Source of the DNA: an uncultured Alphaproteobacteria bacterium | GTDB taxonomy: Bacteria > Pseudomonadota > Alphaproteobacteria > Rhizobiales > Xanthobacteraceae | Reading direction: 5' to 3' | NCBI GenBank assembly: GCA_963844635.1 | Contig: CAWJPD010000003.1 | Coordinates: 1,247,680-1,311,679 of the forward strand | Length of the DNA stretch: 64,000 nt | Shown: in pieces, positions 53,143 through 63,433 of the stretch | How positions within the stretch are numbered: position 1 is the first letter of the stretch | How the letters are laid out: the number at the start of each line of letters is the position of its first letter | Translations under genes and position numbers: made by a program | The notes under the pieces: generated by a model | Seen by the model: only the letters and a program-made list of their open reading frames with translations | Database searches by the model: none | Told to the model about the DNA's origin: nothing

Positions 53143-53349
53143 ATGATCCGTAACCTGATCGGTCTGCTCTCCGTTTCCGCGGCTGCTGCGATGCTGCTCT
53201 CCACTTCGGCCGAGGCATGGGACAGTTGCGGTCACGGCGCGCACCGGAACGGTGCCGGCTATTGCGTGTCGAATTATGGCCCGACCTCCAGCTGTCCCCC
53301 CGGATATCACCTCGGTTGGAACGTGCGTGCCTGCATGCCCAATCGGTGA
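53143..53349 (+). CDS. Small secreted Cys-rich protein (GCG_CRPN-type repeats; recalled)
   Basis: RBS AGAGGAG. Signal peptide MIRNLIGLLSVSAAAAMLLSTSAEA, then CGHGAHRNGAGYCVSN and CPPGYHLGWNVRACMPN. Confidence 0.6.
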   Translation: MIRNLIGLLSVSAAAAMLLSTSAEAWDSCGHGAHRNGAGYCVSNYGPTSSCPPGYHLGWNVRACMPNR

Positions 53350-53500
53350 GAACGAAGGGTAAATCGGGCGCCGCGGCCCGGTTGCATCGGTGCGTCGGTC
53401 GCAGTGAAAGCGAAAGCCGCGCACCTCCCAAAAAAACGCACCGCCGCCCGCGCTCGGCCCTACACCGTTCGCAGACTTCACACAAAAGGCGCACGCAAGT

Positions 53501-53529
53501 CCCAGCGTTCACTCGGCTGGGGCTTTTTT
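53501..53529 (+). terminator. Rho-independent terminator overlapping the RND stop codon
   Basis: CCCAGC-GTTCACTCG-GCTGGG followed by GCTTTTTT. Confidence 0.6.
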
Positions 53530-56500
53530 CGCCGGCAGCTTCCTGCGGGCCGCGCCCCAGTCGGCGATGCGATGGACTACGACGAAAAAAGACGGAACGA
53601 ACAAGATCGCGAGACAGGTCGAAGCCAGCATGCCGGAAAACACGGTGATCCCGATCGACTTGCGGGCGCTGGCGCCGGCGCCGGTGGCAACGACGAGCGG
53701 CGCGACGCCGAGAATGAACGCGAATGAGGTCATCAGGATAGGACGGAACCGGGCCTGAGCGCCGGCAACCGCGGCATCGACCAGCGGCATGCCTTCGGCG
53801 AGGCGTTCGCGCGCCACCTCGACGATCAAAATCGCGTTCTTCGCCGAGAGGGCAATCAAGAGCACGAGGCCGATCTGGACGTAAAGGTTGTTGTCGATCC
53901 GCAGCGTGTTCAGCACGGCAACCGGGCCGATGAGAGCAAGCGGAACGGCAAGGATCACCGCGATCGGCGTGTACCAACTTTCATATTGGCCGGCAAGCAC
54001 GAGATAAGCCAAGAGCAGCGCCAACGCAAAGACGAGATACATCTGGTTGCCGACGATCTTCTCCTGGTAAGACATCGCGGTCCACTCGAAGCCCATGCCC
54101 GGCGGCAGCGTACGCGCCGCGACCTCCTCCATCAGCTTGATCACGTCGCCGGTCGAAACGCCTGCCGCGGGCAGCCCGATCACCGTCGCGGAAGGATAAA
54201 GATTGTAAAGGCTAATCAAGGAGGGGCCGACAGTCGGCGTGATCGTCAGCAGAGTGCCGAGCGGAATCATGCTGCCGGCGCTATTGCGCACCCAGAGGTT
54301 CGCGATGTCCTCAACCCGAAGTCGGAAATCGGAGATCCGCCTGCACATAAATTTGGAAAGTGCGTCCAAACTTATTGAATTGATCCACATAGCTGGACCC
54401 GAGGTAGGCTGCCAGCGCAGAGAATACCTGGTCGGTGGTCAGGTGAAGCGTTTCCGTTTTCACCCGGTCGACGGAAACGGTAAATTGCGGCACGCTCGAT
54501 CGGAACGTCGCCTGCACGCGCTGCAGGTTCGACTGCGTCGAGGCGTTGGCGACAAAAGCGTCGACGGTCGCCTGGAGCTTGGCAAGGTCAAAGCTGCTGT
54601 CGCGCAATTCGATCTGCAACGTGCCGCCGGCCGCATTGCCGACGCCTTGGATCGGTGGCGGTGGCAACACGATGGTGTTCGCTTCTTCAATGGCAGCCAT
54701 CGATGCATTGAGATCGAGGAACAGCGAACGAAGATCCTCGCCTGCACCGCGCTCGCTCCACGGTTTCAGGATCAGGTAGGCCACTCCAGAATTGGCGAGC
54801 GTCGAACTGTTGTCGAGTACAGACAAGCCGGCGATGGTTATCACTTGCGCCACGCCCGCGTTCTTGTGTGCGATCTCGGAGACCCGGTCGAGCACCCGCT
54901 GGGTGCGATCGAGCGCGGCACCGTCCGGCAGTTGGACGCTCGCGATCAGGTAACCCTGGTCTTCGATTGGAAGGAACCCGGTGGCGACGCGCGAAAATCC
55001 GTAGCCGCCCATGGCAATGATTGCGAGCGCGATCACAGCCATGACGCCGCTCCACGCCACCATGCGCCTCATCAGGGCGACGTAGCTGCGTTCGGCGCGG
55101 TCATACAAAGCATTGAACCCGCGATAGAACCTGTTGCGCTGCTCCAGCGGGACCGGCGCGCGCAGCCACAACGCGCTCTGCGTCGGCTTGAGCGTCACCG
55201 CGTTGATGGCGCTGAGCATCGCCGTCGCGGCGATAACGAGCGCGAACTGTGCGTACATGCGCCCCGTCAATCCGGGCAGGAATGCGGCTGGCAGGAACAC
55301 CGACATCAGCACCAGCGTGATGCCGATGATCGGGCCGAAAAGTTCGTCCATGGCGCGGATGGCGGCATCGTGCCCGCTCATCCCCTTCTCGATATTGTGG
55401 GTCGCGCCTTCGACAACAACGATGGCGTCGTCAACGACAATGCCGATCGACAGCACGATCGCGAACAGTGTCGACAGGTTCACGGAAAAGCCAAGCGCTG
55501 CCATCATCGCGAAAGCGCCGATGATCGTCACCGGAACAGTAGTGGCAGGCACGAGCATCGCCCGCCAGTCCTGGAGGAACAGGAGAATGACGACGAGGAC
55601 CAGGATCGCCGCTTCAAATAGGGTCTTGTAAACTTCGTTAACGGATTCGTTCACGAAGGTCGTGGTGTCGAACGGAATGTCGTGGACGAGGCCTTCCGGA
55701 AACTCTCGGGAAAGCTCCTTCATCTTGTCGCGGACTTCGCCAGCGACATTGAGCGCGTTGGCCCCCGGCGTTTGAAACACGGCGAGGCCTGCCGCCGGCC
55801 GACCGTCGAGGGTGAAGATTTGCCCGTAGGTCTGTGCGCCGAGCTCCACGCGGCCAACGTCGCGGATCCGCGTAATGTCGCCGACGCTGCCGGTCTTGAC
55901 GATGATGTCGGCGAATTCCGCGGCGTCGTTGAACCGTCCCAGCACATTCAGGGTGTATTGGAACGGCTGCCCCGGAGGCGCTGGGGGTATGCCGATCTGA
56001 CCGGCGGTGACCTCTTCGCTCTGCTGCTGCACGGCCTGAATTACGTCCTGAGGGGTGAGGCCGCGCGATTGCATCAGGCTCGGATCGAGCCAGATTCGCA
56101 TCGAATACTGTCCGGCGCCGAACACAGTGACATTGCCGACGCCCGGCAGCCGCGCGATCTCATCCTTCAGGCGGATGGTCGCGTAGTTTGCGAGATAGAG
56201 GCTGTCGTAGCGCGACTGTGGCGAGGTCAATGTCACGATCTGGAGAATGGCCGTCGATTTTTTCTGAACCGTGACACCCTGCACCTGCACGGCCTGAGGC
56301 AGCGAAGACAAGGCGATGGCGACGCGATTCTGCACCAAAACTTGCGCGAAATTGAGCTCGGTGCCGATCGCGAACGTAACCGTCAGCGTATAGCTGCCGT
56401 CGCTGCCGGCGTAGGATTGCATGTAAAGCATGCCGTCCACGCCGTTCACCTGCTGCTCGATCGGCAATGCGATGGTGTCGATGACGGTGCGCGCGCTCGC

Positions 56501-56656
56501 CCCGGGATAGCGGGTGGTCACCTGCACCGTCGGCGGTACCACGTCGGGATACTGCGACACAGGCAGCCGGTAGAGCGACACGGCGCCGATGACGACCATC
56601 AGGATGGCGATGACGTTCGCGAGGACCGGGCGCTCGATGAAGAACTTCGAGAGCAT
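53509..56656 (-). pseudogene. RND (HAE1/AcrB-type) efflux permease, interrupted by a 1-nt indel near 54331-54334
   Basis: ORF 54311-56656 starts MLSKFFIERPVLANVIAILM... and runs to ...FGRTFQIYVQAD. ORF 53509-54390 continues ...DFRLRVEDIANLWVRN...ESWYTPIAVILAVPLAL... Confidence 0.88.
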
Positions 56657-56668
56657 CGCCGACAGCCG

Positions 56669-57889
56669 CTATTTGTTGGCAGAGGCGGCGGCCGGCGTCG
56701 CGGGCGTTGGCGCGTCCGGTGCTGCCGCGGCCGGAGCGCTTGGGGCGGCCGGCGCAGGCTCAATCTGCGGGTCCACCTTCTGCCCGGGTATGGCCCGCAG
56801 CACCCCCGCGATCACGACGCGCTCATCGGCCTTGAGGCCGCTGTCGATCACCCGTAGATTTTGGTCGAGTTGACCGACCGTCACGTTACGATGCTCGACC
56901 GTGTTGTCCGCGTTCACGATGAGCAGATAGCGCCCGCCCTGGTCGCTGCCGAGCGCGGTGTCGGGGACGAGCAGGGCATCGTTCTGCTGCTCGACAGGGA
57001 TGCGCACGCGCGCGAAATAGCCGGGGAGCAGAGAACGGTCGGCATTCGCAAACACACCTCGTGCCGGCAGTGTGCCGGTCTGCGAATTCACGGTGGGCGA
57101 AGCGTAGTCGAAGGTTCCGGCGTGCGGGTATCCGGTTTCAGTCTGCAATCCGATTTCAACCGGCACCTTGTTGATGTCCTCGCGCGTGAGGCCACGGCGG
57201 GCGATCTCGGCACGAAGCTGCAGCACATCCTGCTCGCTGATATTGAAGGTAACGTAGATGGGTTGGACCTGCACGATGTTGGCAAGCAATGTCGGGGTCG
57301 CCGAACCGCCGACATACTCTCCGACGGACACCTGTCGGGCAGTGACGACGCCGTCGAACGGCGCCGTTACGTGAGCATAGTCATTGTTGAGCTTGGCCAG
57401 CTGGGTATTCGCCTGTGCCTGCTGGTAACTGGATTGCGCCTGGTCACGCGTTGCAAGCGACTGGTCATAGGCTTGGCGGCTTGCCGCCTGTGTTCTCACC
57501 AGCGTGGCGTTGCGCTCGAAGTCGGCCTGTGCCTGCGTCAACGTCGCCTTGGCGCCCACCTCTGCGGCTTGCGCCTGTTGAAGCTTCACCTCGTAGGGTT
57601 CAGGCTCGATGGTGAACAGCAGCGCGCCCTTCTTCACGAGCGCACCATCGCTGTAATTTATTTCCTGGACGAAGCCCGGCACGCGCGCGACGAGGTCGGC
57701 TGAATTGACGGCCGCGGTGTTGCCGGTGACTTCGAGGTAACGAATGACCGCACGTTGGACCGGGAGCGCGACGGTGACCTTGGGCGGAGGGGGGGCGACG
57801 TAGCGGTTTTCCTGACTGCACGCCGCCAAAAGGCTTGCGAGACCCGCGATCGTTGGGAAAAGCCTTCTTCGTCGGCCCGCCATGACCAC
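56669..57889 (-). CDS. RND efflux periplasmic adaptor (membrane fusion protein), lipoprotein
   Basis: Lipobox LLAAC. ...VTGNTAAVNSADLVARVPGFVQEINYSDGALVKKGALLFTIEP... Confidence 0.88.
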   Translation of the reverse strand: MVMAGRRRRLFPTIAGLASLLAACSQENRYVAPPPPKVTVALPVQRAVIRYLEVTGNTAAVNSADLVARVPGFVQEINYSDGALVKKGALLFTIEPEPYEVKLQQAQAAEVGAKATLTQAQADFERNATLVRTQAASRQAYDQSLATRDQAQSSYQQAQANTQLAKLNNDYAHVTAPFDGVVTARQVSVGEYVGGSATPTLLANIVQVQPIYVTFNISEQDVLQLRAEIARRGLTREDINKVPVEIGLQTETGYPHAGTFDYASPTVNSQTGTLPARGVFANADRSLLPGYFARVRIPVEQQNDALLVPDTALGSDQGGRYLLIVNADNTVEHRNVTVGQLDQNLRVIDSGLKADERVVIAGVLRAIPGQKVDPQIEPAPAAPSAPAAAAPDAPTPATPAAASANK

Positions 57890-57961
57890 CTCTGCGCTGC
57901 TCGCGGTCGTGCCAGTCTGAGCTCATCGGAGGTTTGAGCATATTCCTAACGAGTTCACTCG

Positions 57962-58142
57962 CCCGTAGGGTGGGCAAAGGCGGCCACAAAAGCGTCGGTC
58001 GATGCACGGCGTCGTTTCCGCCATGCCCACCGAAAAAGAATTTCACCGGAGCCATGCGCGTCACAACGGACCGCGTGGGCACGGCGGAACGCGCGCTCAG
58101 TCGAAATTGTGAGACCTCGACCGCCTTTGCCCACCCTACGGG
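57962..58142. repeat. REP/MITE-like element: perfect 22-bp terminal inverted repeats CCCGTAGGGTGGGCAAAGGCGG, 137-bp spacer with a nested inner palindrome
   Basis: Arms at 57962-57983 and 58121-58142 verified base by base. An inner TGCCCAC/GTGGGCA pair is also present. Confidence 0.8.
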
Positions 58143-58392
58143 ATGCTCCAAGTTGACCGGAACATGCTCTAGCTACCACGAATTGCTTGGCCATCACAGC
58201 CTCGCCGCCGTTCGCCCATTGCGCCTCATTTCGCCGACGCGCTTGAACTGGCTCGGCCCTCCGTTATGCTACATCGCTGGAGTTTGCGCGCGATGGGGCA
58301 CGCGATTTTTGCCGCACGGCCCGCAGCGGAGCGCCTGCTCAGGCGCCAAGGCATGCCGGCGGCTGGCGGCTGCGCCTGCGCGAGGGCCACGA

Positions 58393-59139
58393 TTGCATCG
58401 TTTGATCCGCGCCTTCTGCCTCGCTCCGTTTCTTGTCGCCGCGCGAAGCGGCTGGGCCCAACAGGGCCTGCCGCCCGGATTCGCCAAGCTTTCTGCTGTT
58501 GCGCCTTCGATCCGCCAGGATATTCGTTATGCAACCGCATTCAATTTCACCGGGCAGCCCGTCCCCGGCTACGCGCGCGGCGAGTGCCTCCTGCGTGAGG
58601 AGGCGGCGCGGGCGCTCGCGCGTGCGCAGGCGCGGCTTCTGCTCGAAGGGCTCGGGTTGAAGGCCTATGACTGCTACCGCCCCTTGCGTGCGGTGCGCTT
58701 CTTCGTTGATTGGGCCATGAGGCGCGATGCGGATGCGATGAAACCGATTTTTTATCCTAACCTGGAAAAATCCAGGCTGTTCGATCTCGGCTATATCGCT
58801 TTGCACTCAAAACACACGCAGGGGACCACGATCGATGTGGGGCTGATCCGCGCAGGCGGCCCCGATATCGCTCATCCTGTTTCTGCCGGACGTTGTGACG
58901 GTCCGTTGGAGCAGCGAGCCAAGGAATTGAGCCTCGATCTCGGGACGGCCTATGACTGTTTTTCGCCGCGCAGCGCGACGGCTGCCCCGGCGATCTCCGC
59001 TGCCGCCCGAACCAATCGCGAGACGCTACGCCGCGCGCTCGAAAGTGAGGGCTTCCGCAACTATTCGCGGGAGTGGTGGCATTACGATCTTATCGACCCG
59101 GCGATGCCGGCGCAGGTTTATGATTTCCCGGTCCGGTAG
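58393..59139 (+). CDS. D-alanyl-D-alanine dipeptidase (VanX/DdpX, M15D), exported; start uncertain (TTG 58393 proposed)
   Basis: ...IRQDIRYATAFNFTG...LKAYDCYRP...HSKHTQGTTIDV...REWWHYDL. The signal-like LHRLIRAFCLAPFLVAARSGWA precedes it, and there is no in-frame ATG nearby. Confidence 0.7.
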   Translation: MHRLIRAFCLAPFLVAARSGWAQQGLPPGFAKLSAVAPSIRQDIRYATAFNFTGQPVPGYARGECLLREEAARALARAQARLLLEGLGLKAYDCYRPLRAVRFFVDWAMRRDADAMKPIFYPNLEKSRLFDLGYIALHSKHTQGTTIDVGLIRAGGPDIAHPVSAGRCDGPLEQRAKELSLDLGTAYDCFSPRSATAAPAISAAARTNRETLRRALESEGFRNYSREWWHYDLIDPAMPAQVYDFPVR

Positions 59140-59185
59140 GTGTGCGGTGTTACGGCAACGACACGCAAGGCACGGAGGCTCACGG

Positions 59186-60097
59186 ATGAAGGACCGCTCA
59201 ATCGTGACGATTTCCGCGGTGATGATGAGCCTCGCGGTGTTTGTAGCTGCGCCCGGCCCGGCATGGACCGCGAGTTCGGACAAGACGCACAAGAAGCAGG
59301 TCGCCGCCGCTCCGAAATGCGATCGCGGTCAATTCCACCTGGTCGTCGATGTCGGGCACTCCGAGGAATCTCACGGCGCAATGAGCGCACGCAACGTGCC
59401 CGAATATGAATTCAACCTCCGGCTCGCCACCGAAATCGAGCAGAGCCTCATTCAAGACGGCTTCGCCAAGACCGCCTTGCTGGTCACGCACGGCCCCAAG
59501 ATCGCGAGCCTGCACCAGCGCGTCGGAGCAGCCAACCACATGCAGGCCGATTTCTTTCTTTCCATCCACCACGATTCGGTGCCGGACTGGTTCCTCGAAA
59601 ATTGGGACTATGAAGGAACGCCCAGCCATTTCAGCGACAGGTTCAGCGGGCACTCGCTGTTCGTTTCCTACGAAAATCCCGACTTCAAGGACAGCATGCT
59701 GTTCGCGCGGCTGCTCGGCAAGCAGCTGAAGGACCGCAATTTCAAATACGCTTCACATTATACGGAAGCCTTTATGGGGTGGCACCGGCGCGAACTGATC
59801 GATGCGGAAACGGGAGTCTACAGGTACGATCAGTTGCAGGTCCTGCGGTCGACACAGATGCCTGCGGTGCTGCTGGAGGCGGGATCGATCATCAATCGCG
59901 ATGAGGAGGTGGTGTTGAACACGCCCGCGCACCGGGCGCTGATCACCGCCGCGGTCACCGCTGCAGTCGAGTCATACTGCGACGCGCAGGTGGCACGGCC
60001 CGACACCGCTCAGCCGGCGACCGATCCGACGCCCGCCAAGGCGTCTGCCCCGGGCGGCTGGCCCGCGTTTTTGGGAAAGTTGTTCGAGCGAAATTGA
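59186..60097 (+). CDS. N-acetylmuramoyl-L-alanine amidase (Amidase_3 family), exported
   Basis: ATG 59186 with RBS GGAGG. ...LVVDVGHS...FFLSIHHDS...PAVLLEAGSIINRDEE... Confidence 0.8.
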   Translation: MKDRSIVTISAVMMSLAVFVAAPGPAWTASSDKTHKKQVAAAPKCDRGQFHLVVDVGHSEESHGAMSARNVPEYEFNLRLATEIEQSLIQDGFAKTALLVTHGPKIASLHQRVGAANHMQADFFLSIHHDSVPDWFLENWDYEGTPSHFSDRFSGHSLFVSYENPDFKDSMLFARLLGKQLKDRNFKYASHYTEAFMGWHRRELIDAETGVYRYDQLQVLRSTQMPAVLLEAGSIINRDEEVVLNTPAHRALITAAVTAAVESYCDAQVARPDTAQPATDPTPAKASAPGGWPAFLGKLFERN

Positions 60098-60153
60098 ACC
60101 GGCCGACCACATTCCCGCTTGGTCATGGATCGCAGCGGGCAAGGCTGGAGCGT

Positions 60154-61023
60154 TCACACGTCGATATCCATGCCGACATCGAGATTGGGCGCCGAATGGG
60201 TGATCGCCCCTGACGACAGGTAATCGACACCGGTCGCGGCGATCGCTGCCGCGCTCGCATGCGTGATGCCGCCCGACGCTTCCGTGATCATGCGACCGGC
60301 GACCATGTCGACTGCCTTTTTGAGGGCGCCCACATCCATGTTGTCGAGCACCACCGCGTCAGCCCCTCCGCTGTCGAGCACCTCGCGAAGCTGGTCGAGG
60401 GTGTCGACCTCGATCTCGATCTTGACCAGATGGCCGATGACGGCGCGGGCGCGGGCCAACACGGCGCCGATGCCTCCGGCTACGGCAATGTGGTTGTCCT
60501 TGATGAGGACGGCATCATCAAGGCCGAAGCGGTGATTGAAGCCGCCGCCGCAACGCACCGCATATTTCTCCAGCGCACGCAGCCCGGGCGTGGTCTTGCG
60601 CGTACAGCATACGCGCGCGTGGGTGCCGGCTATGAGGCGCACAAATTCCGCCGTCGCGGTCGCGATCCCCGACAGGTGGCCGAGAAAATTGAGCGCCACG
60701 CGCTCGGCGCCGAGCAGCGCGCGCGCATCGCCTTCGACCGCGAGCAAAACCGTACCGGGCGCGACGGCCGCCCCATCGCGCAGCTTGGCGGAAACCCTTG
60801 CGGCGGAATCGAGACGACGCAGCGCCGCTGCGACCAGCGGCAAGCCGGCAATCACTCCGGGTCGGCGGGCGGCAATGACCGCGCGGGCGGCCATGCCTGC
60901 CGGGATCGTCGCGACCGAGGTCACGTCGCCGGCGCGGCCAAAGTCTTCGGCGAGCGCACGATCGACCGCCTCTTCGATCGCGAATGGCGACAGAAAGGCG
61001 TCAGAGCACAGTGTGTCTGTCAT
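60154..61023 (-). CDS. nadC: Nicotinate-nucleotide diphosphorylase (carboxylating) / quinolinate phosphoribosyltransferase
   Basis: ...[16 protein letters not shown]...[39 protein letters not shown]... Confidence 0.9.
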   Translation of the reverse strand: MTDTLCSDAFLSPFAIEEAVDRALAEDFGRAGDVTSVATIPAGMAARAVIAARRPGVIAGLPLVAAALRRLDSAARVSAKLRDGAAVAPGTVLLAVEGDARALLGAERVALNFLGHLSGIATATAEFVRLIAGTHARVCCTRKTTPGLRALEKYAVRCGGGFNHRFGLDDAVLIKDNHIAVAGGIGAVLARARAVIGHLVKIEIEVDTLDQLREVLDSGGADAVVLDNMDVGALKKAVDMVAGRMITEASGGITHASAAAIAATGVDYLSSGAITHSAPNLDVGMDIDV

Positions 61024-61062
61024 TGCCCACGACAGGTCCGCCGCGATAATCGAGGCGATCGA

Positions 61063-62712
61063 TCAATCCAGCGGCTCGATGCGCACCAAAAATCCCTCGT
61101 GGTCGACATACCAGATGGTGACCGGGTCGGTTGAATTGTCGATCCAGGACTCGCGGTCGTGACCGTAGGGCTCCGGCAGCACATATTCGGTCCACTGCAC
61201 GGTTTTTGGATTGAAGCGCAGATAGCGACCGCCCTGCAATTCGCCGGCCCAGACCTCGCCATTTTTGTCGGCCTTGGCTGTATAGAGCGCCACATAGGGT
61301 GTCGGCACGCGAAATTCGTGAATGCGCTTTTCCGTCGTGTTGAACTCGACAAGATAGCCGCCACGGCCGCCGGACCAATAATTGTCGAAGGGGTCGAACT
61401 CGCCGCGTGCCGGCAGCGTGCCCGGGCTCGTATCCGGCTCGAACACTTCGGCAGTTTCGGTATCGACGACAACGAGACCGTCCCGCGGCCAGGCGCCGCC
61501 GCCGAAATAACGACCGTCATGGCTCATGGCGCTCCCATAGGTGCCCGGGAATTTCTTGAGTTCGTATCCCGTCACTAGCGCCCCTGTGAGGGAATTGATC
61601 TTGGCGACCCTCCTGTCGCGCGCGCGCCACAAGAAGCCATCAGGATCGAACGCGACATTGCCGACCGCGGGCGAGTTCACCGGCTCGAAAACTTTCCACG
61701 GGATGCGCCTGAAATCATCGGAATTGGGATCGAGCCGGTAAATATTATGGGCCCAGTTTTCCGTACCCCAGATGAACCCCTTCGAATCCACATTTATCCA
61801 ATGCGTGCCGGGGAGAACGCCCGGACCTTGCAGCGGAACATGAAACTCCTTGACGACGCCGGTCCTCGGGTCGAGGCGGCCAATATAGGAGCTTCGATGG
61901 GTGCTGTAATAGACGTAGCCCTTTCCGTCGCCCGTAACGTCGTGGGTCGCGACTTCAAGGCGCGGTAACTGGTACTCCGTGACGACCACCCGCGTCTGGC
62001 GTCCCTGCGGCCGCGGCAACGTGACGAAGGGCGGGTCTTTCGAGTCCGGGCCACGCACGGTGGCCAGCCATTTGACGAGCTTCGCTTCGTCGGCGGGCGG
62101 AATTCGGCCCGGCTCGCGGACGTTGATCAGCGGCGAGCCGGCGCCGTGGGTCATGCGGAAAATGATCTTGGCCCAACTCTGCTCATCGTAGCGGTTGCGA
62201 AAAATCTGCTGATAGGAATGGCAGTAATTGCAATTGGTGGTCAGAAGCTTCTTTTCCTCGCCGGTGCCGGACAGGCTTTGCAACCATTCCGACCCGGTCA
62301 GCTGCGCTGCGACCTCCGGCGATGGCGGCAACAGCTCGGAGTTTGACAGGCGCTGCAACACGATATCGTCAAGGTGGGTTGCACCGTCGATCGCAAGGTT
62401 ATCACGGACATAGGCGATGAACTCGAGCGGCCGAGCGATACGCAACAGGTACGACCCCGGATCAAGCCGAGGGAATTCGTAGTGGCCATTGGCATCGCTG
62501 TAGACCGTGGTGCGGATCGCGTTCTTGTGCGAGATCAACTGCACCATGATGCCTTCCAGCAATTCCCCCTTGCTCGATTTGACGATGCCAACGGGGCCGC
62601 CGACCAGCCGTTGAGGCGCCGCGCCAGCCGGCACGCCCGCCAACGTGGCCAGCAACACCAGGGTGGAGATCACGCTCGCAGCACGCAGAATGGGTTTAAA
62701 CAGGCGTATCAT
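61063..62712 (-). CDS. Secreted protein: carboxypeptidase-regulatory-like domain, single CxxCH heme c motif, beta-propeller (paralog of 43900-45627)
   Basis: Signal peptide. ...GIVKSSKGELLEGIMVQL...DANGHYEFP... CNYCH encoded at 62218-62232. Propeller-like repeats. Confidence 0.7.
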   Translation of the reverse strand: MIRLFKPILRAASVISTLVLLATLAGVPAGAAPQRLVGGPVGIVKSSKGELLEGIMVQLISHKNAIRTTVYSDANGHYEFPRLDPGSYLLRIARPLEFIAYVRDNLAIDGATHLDDIVLQRLSNSELLPPSPEVAAQLTGSEWLQSLSGTGEEKKLLTTNCNYCHSYQQIFRNRYDEQSWAKIIFRMTHGAGSPLINVREPGRIPPADEAKLVKWLATVRGPDSKDPPFVTLPRPQGRQTRVVVTEYQLPRLEVATHDVTGDGKGYVYYSTHRSSYIGRLDPRTGVVKEFHVPLQGPGVLPGTHWINVDSKGFIWGTENWAHNIYRLDPNSDDFRRIPWKVFEPVNSPAVGNVAFDPDGFLWRARDRRVAKINSLTGALVTGYELKKFPGTYGSAMSHDGRYFGGGAWPRDGLVVVDTETAEVFEPDTSPGTLPARGEFDPFDNYWSGGRGGYLVEFNTTEKRIHEFRVPTPYVALYTAKADKNGEVWAGELQGGRYLRFNPKTVQWTEYVLPEPYGHDRESWIDNSTDPVTIWYVDHEGFLVRIEPLD

Positions 62713-62724
62713 TCTTCCCTCCTG

Positions 62725-63195
62725 TCAGTGCGCGATGTAGGCGGGATTCGACGGCGGAGTATCCGAATTCCAGCAGCACCGGTCCCGCAGATATCCGATC
62801 AGGTCGTTGAGGTCCGCGTCCGACAATGAATATTTGTACGACGCCATGTTGGCGCTGCCATTGCGAATCTGATTTTTGACCGCTTCTTCGGTCACCGGCT
62901 GTCCGTCCAGCAACGTCGCGTGCTGAAAAAGTCCGGTCAGCTTCGGAACGTCCTTGGTGAATTCGTTATGGCAGAACCAGCATTTGTAATAGAAAATCTC
63001 CTGGCCTCGCGCCGGGCCGTCTTTCGCCGCCTTGCGAAACTCGTATATTTGCAACGATCGCTGGTCATAGTCCTTCGCCGGCGCCGCCGGCGGGGCGCTG
63101 ACGGCCGGCTGGGCGAGAGCCGCACCGCGCATCGAACCAGCGGCGGCCAGCCCGGCGCACACCAGGACGGCGGCTGCGATCCGCTTTCTTACCAT
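62725..63195 (-). CDS. Mono-heme c-type cytochrome, exported
   Basis: ATG 63195 with RBS GGGAGGGG. Signal peptide MVRKRIAAAVLVCAGLAAAGSMRGAALA. CWFCH encoded at 62968-62982. Confidence 0.75.
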   Translation of the reverse strand: MVRKRIAAAVLVCAGLAAAGSMRGAALAQPAVSAPPAAPAKDYDQRSLQIYEFRKAAKDGPARGQEIFYYKCWFCHNEFTKDVPKLTGLFQHATLLDGQPVTEEAVKNQIRNGSANMASYKYSLSDADLNDLIGYLRDRCCWNSDTPPSNPAYIAH

Positions 63196-63433
63196 CAAAC
63201 CCCTCCCTGAACTGGTGCCGCCCCGGGCGCGAGTGTTGGCCGTCGGGGTTGCGCGGTGCGTATTTTGGTGACGATTGTACAGCCGCTTCCAGTCTCGGCA
63301 AGAGCACGCTCGCAATCGATCCAGGAAAAGTTCGCTCTGACGTTTCGCTGAAGCCGGGCAACGGGCGGGTAGAACTTTCTCGTCTTGCGCGTTGCCGCCG
63401 AGGGGGATGGTTGAGGAAGGCCTCGCGCGTGGC

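Noticed and set aside
52568-53977. 469-aa ORF upstream-extended from the GNAT gene
   Set aside because: Only the last ~154 aa resemble an acetyltransferase. The N-terminal 300 aa are Arg-rich, overlap the plus-strand small secreted protein gene and run antisense to the RND gene end. The start was moved to ATG 53032.
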